This document shows positions 11,405-22,268 of a stretch of DNA of 64,000 nt, in pieces. The notes under the pieces are model-generated. The model worked only from the letters and a program-made list of their open reading frames with translations. It searched no databases and was not told the DNA's origin. Source of the stretch: Mobula hypostoma (Eukaryota). Within the stretch, counting starts at the first letter, position 1. Each line of letters opens with the position of its first letter. The stretch covers positions 37,078,001 through 37,142,000 of the forward strand of contig NC_086108.1 in NCBI RefSeq assembly GCF_963921235.1. Direction: 5' to 3'. A program made the translations under genes and the position numbers.

Positions 11405-14400
11405 ATGAGCCCTCTACAGCCAATCCACAGCTGATCTCCATGGGGAATAGCCACGCCTGCCATCCTTTGTCCCTGCATTCCTGGACTAAGGACTGGCATT
11501 TCAGGGCTGACCTCTCATGAGCCTCCTTACGTCCTTCCTCCCTGTGAGTTCTACCAGGATGAGTTTCTTGTCTTCAATGGACCATAGTACGATGTGTGAT
11601 TGAAGTGTGCTTTGCACCACCTTCAGGAACTGCAGCTTCATCCCCACCTCGACCCTCATCTCCCGTGATTTGGCAGTTTGCAGCAGATTGGTATCAGGCC
11701 TTTTTGATATGACTGGTGTGGCTCTCTCCTTGATGAAAAGGACTGCCCTGTTTGCCGCTCTGCCAGCTGGTCTCCTTTTACACCTCTCCCATTCCAGTGT
11801 ATCAACCAGGGACAGCAGGACCTTGTGGTGCCACCTATACTGTCCTTGTGTTAAAGCTGTTTTGCATCCTGACAGCACATGTGCCAGTGAACCTTGCTGA
11901 CCACAAAGCTTGCAGTTAGGGTCCTCTCTCAGGCCCCATGTGTGCAGCTGTGATGGTGCAGGGACAGTGTCGTATACAGACTGCAGGAGAAAGGAAATGC
12001 GGTAGGGTTTCAGTCACCAAAGCTCTACCCAAATGATTGTGTACTTGGGAAGATTCCATTTTGTCCAAGCGGCCTGTGACCCCCAATTCCACTGCCTTCG
12101 ATAATCACCTATCGTCCTCGCGGTTCTGTAACTCTCCTTGAACCATGTCACGTCTATGCCTTGTACTTGCACTCCCCTATTGCTGGAAGTATGCAAAGCT
12201 GAGGCCTTGCCATCTGAGCCATGGGTTGCTGATGATGCCTCTCAGTTGCAGGGAGCCCACTGCCTGGTTTATGGCCGAGTTGGCAGCCCACTTTCGTCTT
12301 GTGACTCCTGCTTGGTTTATTAGCTTGTCTTCGGAACCCTTAGAGTTAACACAACTTTACATTTTGCCACCTTGAACTCCCCCACTACCGATGACAATGG
12401 GAGCTGTAGTTGACCTGATTTTAAGTAGAACCCCACTGAAGAAAAATTGAGGGAGGATCCCCAGCCATCTATGTGGGTGCTTTTTAACTTTCCTCTCAAT
12501 GCCTTCTACAGTGGTCGCGGGGAACTCATACGTTGTGAAAAGCCAGAGCAGCCTCGGTAGAAGACTACATATGTTGGTACAACCATGTCTTAAATTTACC
12601 AGGGAGTCCAGTTTTATTGATCTTCTTCAGCCATTCTTCAGTTGGCTTTACAGTGTCGGTGATATTGGTGCTGTCTGTCACTGTTGCATTAAACCATTTT
12701 CCAAGACACTTTACTGGGTTGCCCGCTATGGATGGAATGACTTCTCCCTGTACTTGAGACTGAACTTGCTAATAACCTTGCCCCTTTTGGTCATCATGCA
12801 TCTGGACTTCCTAGCCTTGAAGGTGATTCTAGCCCAGGTAGCTATGTTGTCTAGGGTTTCCAATACCCATCCTGCTTGGACATGGGTTACAGTGGTTACT
12901 GTGATATCCTCCATGAACCCCATATTGCAGGGTGTCGAATGCTGGGCTCCAACACTGGGCCTCAGGTTATGTCTGCTGCTGCTGATATGAAGAGGTTCAT
13001 ACCCATGACAAATAAGATGGAGAAGATGGTACAACAAGTCTGAATCCCATTTTGGTGGTCTTACCACCTGGTTGTAAAGTGGGCTGAAGTGAAGCGTAGC
13101 TTGAATCCTCCTAGATAGCTGGTGATCATCTCTTGTGTTACTGGCAGGATATGGTAGTGGTCCAGGCCAATCTGCATGAGGACGTGTGGAATTGATCTGT
13201 AAGCATTGTCTAGGTCTAACCAGACAACTGTTAAGTCGCCTTTCTTCTGCCTGGTCTCGCGGATCAATTGCCTGATTATTGAGGTGTGTTCAAGGCACCC
13301 AGAAAAACCCAGGATGCCACCTTTCTGGATGGATGTGTTGTGTTGATATAGTGGTTCTCCATTAATAAGAGATCATCCTTCTCACAAGCACTGAGCAGAG
13401 TATCTTGCACTCCATGGTTGGGGGGAGATTGTCCTAAACTGAGTGATTATGCAGGAATGTTTCTGCTTGGGAACAAAGCATCCTTCAGTTATTTTTCAGT
13501 TTGATAAGATAGAACCTTTGGTCCAAATCTTCCTCATTATCTTCCACAACCTCTGGAGGAGTTTTGGGCATTTCTTATATAATTAATAGGGCATACCACA
13601 TGGTCCTAGGTGGCAGATAACTTTGCTCACTTGATGATATCCTGGACCTCCTGCTATGTGGGCTCCGTCACGTTCAGATCAGTTGCTGGGATTCTTATTT
13701 GGGGGACTTTTGGATTGAATTCTAGTCCCTGACTCCTATGGGGATCGCTGTCGGGTTCCCATAGAAATTCTTCCACCTCCTGTTTTCAGCTGGTTAGTGT
13801 GCCAGATTTTTGTTGGCTGAGAAGAGCCCTGGTGAACCTGAATGGGTTTTTAACAAACTGTGCTCTCCTTCTCTCCTTCTCTCTTCTTCACTTTCGCAGT
13901 TGCTCCACTCTGGGTTGTTTGTTCAGGGTCTCTACCTCACTTCTCAGGTAACGAGTCTCGCTTTCCCTCCTGTTTGGTTGCTGTGATAGTTTAAATTCCC
14001 CTTTCTTCTCCATTGGTCTGAATCACTCTTTTACAAAGTGGAACGCAATGGCTGTGAGGGAGTTGATTCTCCTGTAGAAAGGTCCTGCCAATGTAGCTTC
14101 TAGGATGCAACCCAGGTCATCATCGAACTGCTTCCAAGATACATTGTTTGATAATCTAAGCAATCTGATCCTCTCTTTCCTTGATATATGGATTAGGGTG
14201 TCTGAGGGGGTACTCACTTGGTCCCTACTTTGGCACAGGGGCAGCTCAGGTGCAGAGAGATCTTCAGCTCTGTGGGGGCCTCCTGGCTGTAGTTCTCCAT
14301 CGTCTCACCAGATGTTAAGTCTGTACGTTGCACCTGAGTCACCACTGCTCCACAGCTGGACCTGCTTTGGTGTATCTTGAGGCCTTTGATGTTTTTGCAG

Positions 14401-14735
14401 ATTGTGTTGCAATGGCACTTTGCAATGAATGCCTCCCCAGTCTGTATTGTTTGCTTGAGCCTTCTTTTTATTGTATTTCCCGTCCTGGCCATTGTTGCTC
14501 TGTCCGTCCTATTTAGTCTTGCATCCTCTGCCCACTCTCGGGAGACTCTGGGGGTATTGCGTATTTAGTTCATCCATAGCTTGTATGGCGCCCTCTTGCG
14601 AGTGCTGCACACAAGATTGCTAGACTTGTCTGCCCGTGCCAGTCCTTCCTGCAGAACAGCTGTCTTTCCAGTGTCACCGACCTTTCTCGGTCGCCATCCA
14701 ATCTTTCCTGGAAGTCACTGGCAAAACAAATGCCA

Positions 14736-15053
14736 CTTGCATCATACACTGGGGTTCTCTCCTCAGTTACCTGATGAGCTAACCGTAGCCTTTGTCCAGG
14801 AGCAGATGGCATCAGATGGTGCCCAATCTTCATAGAGCCCTTTGACCCTTAACTACTACACTCTCCAGTCGGCGGGCCAATAGATGTGGCCAAGTCACTG
14901 CCCATCTGCTCCTGACATCCAGCTCAACTCCTCTCGCGTGCTCCAGATCCGGCAAGAGGCTCCTTCTGCTTCCTGCCCTATCCTGCGAGCTGCTTAATTC
15001 TTGCTCTTTCATCAAGGCCCAGTGCAGCCAGCAACCTCCACACCGACCTTGCC
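14736..15053 (-). repeat. Terminal direct repeat of the Hero element, 5' copy (ORF end + 3' UTR)
   Basis: Colinear with 11111-11404, with about 20 extra bp near 14751-14770. Confidence 0.9.
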
Positions 15054-15479
15054 GGTAGCAGCAATCCTCCCAGTCTGGCTAATTAGAATAGTCAAGATTG
15101 TAGTTAATTGACTGTTGTGGGAAAAGTTATCAAGGAATCTTTCACAAAGCTCATTAAGTAGTCCTCCAGCAAAGGACAACATGATAAAGTTGAATGACAG
15201 AGTAGAGTTGAGGAGATAACTGGCCTACCTCTACAGAAGTTCCCTTGCTGCAAGTTATGGACAGCTCATCTGTATCCATTACCTCAGCGTAATTACAGTA
15301 TGTTAAAATGCAAGCAGGTAAATTGCATCCTGTTTCTCCTCCTTTTCTCTGAATTTTTTTTTGGCTTTCACTAGAGAACTTCATGAGTTTCAGGGCGAAA
15401 TTTCTTTTCGAGAGCTCACAATAACACAAATCTGAATTGTTGGATCTGTGAAACAGTGGGTTTGCTAGATGGGCCATTC

Positions 15480-16420
15480 TGAGTTGATTCCTATTGGCCT
15501 TGAGAAGGTGCTGGTGACCTATCCTTGAATCACTGAAAACCTTCTGGTGAAGGTATTCTCACAATGTTTTGTGAATGGAGTTCCAGGACTTAGACCCAGT
15601 GATCATCAAGTTAAGGGACTGACACCACATTGCAAGCTGGTAGAAGACTAGAGGATTCTACCCAGCACTATAACACTATAATCTTACTTGGAGGGGAACT
15701 TGCATGTGGTGATTTTCTACTGCATTTGTTCTTGCCTTTCTACCAAAGAATCTTTGGTGAGTTGCTGCAATACACCTTGTAGATGGTCCACAGTGCACCA
15801 CGATGTGCCAATGTTGCAGTGAGTGGATGTTTAAGGACATAGGTAGGGAGTCAATCAAAGGCCCAACATAAATTAGGGGACCACTTTGTTGAGCACCTCC
15901 ATTCCCCTTCCTTTCCAGTCCAGAAGAGGAGTCTCAGCCTGAAATGTCAACTGTTTACTCATTTCTATAGATGCTGCCTGATCTGCTGAGTTCTTTCAGC
16001 ATTTTGTGTGTGTTGCTCTGATTTCCAGCATCTGCAGAATCTCTTGTGTTAATGCTATCCTGGATGGGTTAAACTTATTGAATTTTATTGAAGCTGGTCT
16101 CATTCAGGTACGTGGGCAGTATCTCAGTATACTCAAGACTTAGGCCTTGTAAATGCTGAAAAGATTTTGGTAGGATAATGTGGAAATAGTCACTCCATAA
16201 CATCATATCTCTTACAAATTTGTAGCCATGTTACTGATGTGACCGACCCAATTAACTTTCTGCTCAATCCTCTTTCCAAAATATTGATAGGATGTTGGTG
16301 ATGATAATGTCATTGCACATCAAGAAGATGGTTAGCTCTTGTTGGAGATGGTTATTGCATCATAACTGTATGGCATGAATGTTACTACTTCTCAGCCAGT
16401 CGAGTCTAGGTTCTGCTTCA
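15480..16420 (-). mobile_element. Old CR1-like LINE 3' region interrupted by a Penelope tail
   Basis: ccttgagaaggtgctggtga, ggagttccaggacttagacccag and acttggaggggaacttgca recur at 37860-38150. Confidence 0.55.
15865..16050 (+). mobile_element. Penelope-derived tail
   Basis: gatgctgcctgatctgctgagtt...ccagcatctgcagaatctcttgtgtt, with a degenerate hammerhead region. Confidence 0.7.
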
Positions 16421-17750
16421 GGTATTTTCCATTATTATTTCAAATTTACATTGCTTTGTCTTTTGAAAAAAAAATGGGACAGACTTTACTATCAAAGAGC
16501 AAATACCTACAATCACTCCTTATTTGATCAATATCTGGTATCAAGGCCTGAAATGGCAAGATTTCCAAAAGCGCACTAAAGAAACTTTGCCCCCAAATGC
16601 CTTCAGTAGCCAGGAAAATCTCTCCCAGCTTTGCCAGATGTCATGGTTTTAATACGTAAAATAGATTATTAAATAACTTTAAAGAATACCACCTTTAAAA
16701 TAAAAAATACGTAATATACATAATACGTAATGACTTTCACAGTTATAACTCACTAAATAATTTAGTTTTGAACATTGGTAGGAGCTTTTTCTAGACAAAA
16801 CTATTCATTTTCAAACAGGATCCAATCAGTATGCTTGGAATATTAGTTGAATTGCTTTAATTTATCTTGTTTCCTGACTCAGTAATAAATATAAATGTTA
16901 GCCATCCCTTACGCATGGTTCAGTGTCTGGTATGATCATCGCTGTGTTAGGGAATAATGTGACTAATAAGGCATTGATATTTTGGCAGTGTTACAAAATT
17001 CTTTGAAGATGAATAGCTTGGTTCGTTTCACGTTCTGCAAATTAAAATTTGTAATTATTTAAGATTAAAATTCTAAATAATAGTGCTGGCATTATTCTCT
17101 TCAGTTCTAGATATTTATTAGTGATATGTTGAAAGTAGTGTCATAATGTTAACAAATTAATTGGTTAGATTTGTTGAACTATTTGCCTTTTGAAAAATAT
17201 CTAATTATATTGGAAAGGATTATTAGCATGAATCAATGGACTTTAATTTTCATATTTGTTCAAATATATTTTTGTTGCAATAGAAAATACCCCTAAATCT
17301 ATTTTTTCCAGATAGATAATCTGAACAGTATCAATATGCACAGAACCATCAGTTGCATTAATTTTGAATTTCTTTTAATACATATGATATGAGGCCTTTG
17401 ACCTAGCAAAATAATGGGAATATTCACCTTATCAGGACTGACTTTCAGTGAAACTTTTAGGATGTCAGTATATGAAGCGATATAGCAACCCTGTGAAGTA
17501 GAAATTAATGAAGTAGAAATAGTCCAAAAAGAAAGGAAGGTGGAGAAAAGTGTTGGACCATTGACATGACTCTACCTTGCAAAATGAAAAAACAGCCATT
17601 AGGTCACTCTGTTACTCCCACCTTCTTTATGTTGCAGAGCCAGCCGTAGGTTTGGTTCATACTCTGTCACATGAGAAAGTACCACACCAAAGAACCAAGA
17701 ACCATTACCTGTCAGAGCTGATTAGTGTTTTCTTCTCTTCCCATTATTAG

Positions 17751-17890
17751 CAGCCAGCTTTCTTCCAACTATGGTTCACAAAAACATGATTCGTTGTTTG
17801 AAAAGTGTATTCTCTGAGGGAGATGTACTCACATCATTGGAAACTGAATGTGAAGCAAGAGATTACTTAACAGGTATGCCAAACTACTAA
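17751..17890 (+). pseudogene. RPS28: RPS28 (eS28) C-terminal-like segment: pseudogene fragment or exonised copy
   Basis: 17771-17890 translates MVHKNMIRCLKSVFSEGDVLTSLETECEARDYLTGMPNY*, aligning to eS28 [28 protein letters not shown] (recalled from memory). Confidence 0.6.
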
Positions 17891-17991
17891 GTGGAAATCT
17901 TTATTTAAATAACTGACTACAGTCATTGGGATTTTATATTGAACAAAAATGGAAAAATAAACTCTATAACTTACTCATTAACAAAATAATG

Positions 17992-19310
17992 CTTCTATCT
18001 CTGGAGACAGCTTATCTACTGATGTCACTATAAGCCTACGGACTCTCATAGTTACCTGGACTATTCCTCTTCTCACCCTGTCTCTTGCAAAAATGCCAAC
18101 CCCTTCTCGCAATTCCTCCATCTCTGCCGCATCTGCACTCAGGATGAGGCTTTTTATTCCAGGACGAGGGAGATGTCCTCTTTTTTTAAAGAAAGGGGCT
18201 TCCCTTCCTCCACCATCAACTCTGCTCTCAAACGCATCTCTCCCATGTCACGCACATCTGCTCTCACCCCATCCTCCCACCACCCCACTAGGAATAGGAC
18301 TCCCCTTGTCCTCACCTACCACCCCACCAGCCTCTGGGTCCAACAATTTTTTGTAACTTCTGCCACCTCCAAGGGGATCCCACCACTAAGCACATCTTTC
18401 CCTCTCCCCCTCTGCTTTCCGCAGGGATTGCTCCCCACATGACTCCCTTGTCCATTCGTCCCCCCTATCCATTCCCACCGATCTCCCTCCTGGCACTTAT
18501 CCTTGTAAGCGGAACAAGTGCTACACATGCCCTTACACTTTCTCCCTCACCACCATTCAGGGCCACAGACAGTCCTTCCAGGTGAGGCATCACTTCACCT
18601 GTGAGTCGACTGGGGTGATATACTGCGTCCGGTGCTCCCGATGTGGCCTTCTATATATTGGTGAGACCTGACACAGGCTGGGAGACCATTTTGTTGAACA
18701 CCTACACTCTGTCCGCCAGAGAAAGCAGGATCTCCCAGTGGCCACACATTTTAATTCTACATCCCATTCCCATTCTGATATGTCTATCCACGGCCTCCTC
18801 TACTGTCAAGTTGAAGCCACATGTAGGTTGGAGGAACAACACCTTATATTCTGTCTGGGTAGCCTCCAACCTGATGGCATGAACATTGACTTCTCTATCT
18901 TCCGTTAATGCCCCACCTTCCTTTCCTAACCCATCCTAACCCATCCCTTATTTGTTCATTTATTATTATTTTTTTTTCCGCTCTCTCTCCTTTTTCTCCC
19001 TTTGTCCCTTTCACTATACTCCTTGCCCATCCTCTGGGCTTCCCCCCTCCCCCTTTCTTTCTCCCTAGGCCTCCCATCCCATGATCCTCTCATATTCCTT
19101 TTGCCAATCAACTTTCCAGATCCCTCCCCCTCCTGTCTTCTCCTATCATTTCGGATCTCCCCCTCCCCCTCCCACTTTCAATTCTCTTACTATCTCTTCT
19201 TTCAGTTGGTCCTGACAAAGGATCTCGACCCGAAACGTCGACTGTACCTCTTCCTATAGAGGTTGCCTGGCCTGCTGCGTTCACCGACAATTTTTATGTG
19301 TGTTGCTTTA
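17992..19310 (+). mobile_element. Penelope-like element, 3' portion (RT end, GIY-YIG endonuclease, tail)
   Basis: YKPTDSHSYLDYSSSHP near 18030; GVIYCVRCSRCGLLYIGET at 18612-18668; LGSLQPDGMNIDF; CT-rich tract and terminal repeat. Confidence 0.9.
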
Positions 19311-21698
19311 AGAAAGCAGCGTCACTTGTGGGACTGAGGAACAAAATTTATGAATTCCAGGACTGAAAAATCATTCCACCACGTTTGGAAAGTTTTTATG
19401 AGCTTTTTGAACTTCTGACAAAGATGTTTTATGCACAGCGATTTTACATAATAGAAATTAAATCTCATGATAGTTTTCAAATACAGTAAATGATTTAATA
19501 AATATAAACTTTGCATTGTATGGTCAATGAACTTTCAGACAGTATTTCAATTTACTATTGAAGACTCACTTTAGTCACTTCCAGCCAACATCATTGCTGT
19601 CACATACTTTCTTGCGATATGTACTCCAACAACAACTCTACAGATTTTTGAGGTAAAAACTTTGGTTGTCATCATTAAACAAGTGTTAGAGATCTTGACA
19701 CTGCCCTTCCCCTTCGCTTCCCTCCCCAATTTCCCAACTCATGCATTCCATTCTTCTCTCAATAGGATCAATTGTTTCCTAAATAAACCTCGGTCATCTG
19801 TCTGTTGCTCTGACCACAGAGAACAGAAAATACATTGCTTAAAGCAACACAGTTTTATCAATATTACTCTTCAGTACAGAAGAACCATGAGTATATAAAC
19901 CTTCCAGGTTTTCACCAGCATAACCTGCACTTATGATGTTGAGGTTTTAATCTTCCATTTTCTAGTGAGAGCTTGTTGAGCTATGAGACCAAGTCTATGA
20001 TCACAGACTGAAAGGACAGTGTTAAATATATTCACTTCACTATCACAGTTTAAAAATGAACTGGGAGATCTGTGGTCAGAATTTTTGTGTTTCTGAAACT
20101 GAAGCTAACATTCATTAAAAGGAAATTTTCAGAAAATTAACTGCATTTAAAAGAGATAGAATTAATCTGTAAAACATGTGGAAAATATGATTTAACATAT
20201 GAAAATATGAGTCCTAACATGATCTAATTAAGAGACTGAGAAGAACAACTGAACTGTTTTAATTTTATGAGTGTTAAAGACAAATCTTGACATGGCACAA
20301 CGAACGAACAAGAGACTAATCTTAAAAATAGAAATCAACGTTGTCTGATTTGCAGGACGTCAGGTAAAGGTTTAGTTTGAGGGGTGAGGACCTGGGTTTC
20401 GTTCTGTCTAGATTATGACCCTCAGAAATACCTCCTTTGCTATAACATAGGATGGAGATAGGTAGTGTTGAGCGAACTGAGCAAAGATGTGATATTAAAA
20501 TACATTTAAAAGAACCCAAAAGCAACAAGTGATTGCAGTGCTGAATGTAATGGATCTGCTTTTGTACTGAATGGGATGGAGAAGTTTGAGGTTGGTCTCA
20601 GATATTAAGTATAATTAGTTGGAACACAAATCCAAAATACTGTAAATAATGTACATTAATCAATTCCCAGTGTTAACTTCTCTCTCATTTATACAAGGGA
20701 TTATGTACACGATGTCTTTTGTGATGTGATTGCAATTGATGGTTAAAAAGCTAATAATTCTCACAAAACTAAGGACTCAAAATACCTTAAATTCAGGAAG
20801 TCTGCATACTGAAATGCTACCAAACCAAGGATTCTCAAAATATTCTACAGATTGTAAAATAATGGAAAATAAAATGAGTTGGCTTTCCCTCCAAGTAGGG
20901 TTCATAAATGACTCAATATTTTCCTGTAAGCCAGAAATATTTACTCAGGTATGTTTATAATATCTACTTTTTGGCAGGTAACCCAAATTTGAGACCTAAT
21001 GAAAATCCATAAGCATCTAATTATCTCTGTTAGCACTGTTCTGAGTTAATGAATAAATAATGTATTAATTCTACACCTTTAACTCAACTCTTCAAATATA
21101 TGCCGTAGCAAAATATTTGCCAAGCCCCAGTTAAAAGAAAACAAAGGAATCATTTTCAGAGTCATGGAAACACAAGGAAATCTGTGGATGCTGGAAATTC
21201 AAGCATTTTGACTTTTTGTCATTTTGGCTTTTGAGATGTTCTTGAGCCATATAGGATGGAAACGGGCTGCTATCTTATAATAAAGCTGATATATTGATGC
21301 ATGATTGCAAGACCAGGTTTGGTAACTGTGGGCTGAGTTATTTCTTGAAGAGGAATGTTAAAATGGGCAGATTAGTAATTGAGGAGGAAATTGCAAAGCC
21401 ATTACAAATCTTCTAACTTGACTAGAGAAAAGCTGAACTTTTACCACTGTGATGCTCTGCAGAGCTGTTCTTCTATCACTTGCATCTCCGAGCCCTCTTC
21501 TTTGGAACAAATTCCCCACCCCACATCAGTGACCCCTTATCCCATCTCCAACCTTCCCTTTCTGCCGAAGAGACATCAACTAGCTCAACTTCAGCACTCC
21601 TCACTCCTCCCCTTGAACATTACCTCTCTGAAAGCATTGCCCTCCACTCCCTCCGTACCAATCCCAAGTTTATCATCAAACTTACAGATAAAAGGGGT

Positions 21699-22268
21699 AA
21701 CACACATAAAAGTTGCTGGTGAATGCAGCAGGCCAAGCAGCATCTCTAGGAAGAGGTACAGTCGACGTTTCAGGCCGAGACCCTTCATCAGGACTAACTG
21801 AAAGAAGAGCTAGTAAGATATTTGAAAGTGGGATGGGGAGGGGGAGATCCAAAATGATAGGAGAAGACAGGAGGGGGAGGGATGGAACCAAGAGCTGGAC
21901 AGTTGATTGGCAAAAGGGATATGAGCAGATCATGGGACGGGAGACCTAGGGAGAAAGAAAAGGGGGAGGCGGGGGAAAAAGCCCAGAGGATGGGCAAGGG
22001 GTATAGTGAGAGGGATAGAGTGAGAAAAAGGAGAGAGAGAAAAAGAATGTGTGCATATAAATAAATAAATACTGGATGGGGTACGAGGGGGACGTGGGGC
22101 ATTAGCGGAAGTTTGAGAAGTCAGTCTTCATGCCATCAGGTTGAAGGCTACCCAGACGGAATATAAGGTGTTGTTCCTCCAACCCGAGTGTGGCTTCATC
22201 TTTACAGTAGAGGAGGTCATGGACAGACATATCTGAATGCGAATGGGACGTGGAATTAAAATATAAGG
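21699..22268 (-). mobile_element. Penelope-like element 3' fragment nested antisense in the older Penelope
   Basis: Reverse-complement homologue of 18750-19300; near-TSD taaaaggggt (21689-21698) / taagaggggt (22269-22278). Confidence 0.85.
21759..21796 (-). ncRNA. Minimal type I hammerhead ribozyme motif
   Basis: Minus strand UAGUC-CUGAUGA-A-GGGU(CUCG)GCCU-GAAA-CG-UC-GACUG. Confidence 0.7.

Larger units (their letters stand above)
11111..15053 (-). mobile_element. Hero-type (R2 group, restriction-like endonuclease) non-LTR retrotransposon, near full length, decayed
   Basis: ATG near 14577; N-terminal C2H2-like finger CHCNTICKNIKGLKIHQ; RT motifs VVWLDLDNAYRSIPH and FMEDITV; LSGCKTALTQGQYRWHH; RLE region HIVLWS...ILVELT; many frameshifts. 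Confidence 0.85.

Noticed and set aside
15154..15477. 107-aa minus-strand ORF
   Set aside because: No recognisable domain; lies between LINE remnants.
20340..20955. Micro-exon candidates (tttgcag|gacgtcag|gtaaag; ccagaaatatttactcag|gtatgt)
   Set aside because: One is 8 nt and frameshifting and the other has a weak acceptor; both are expected by chance.
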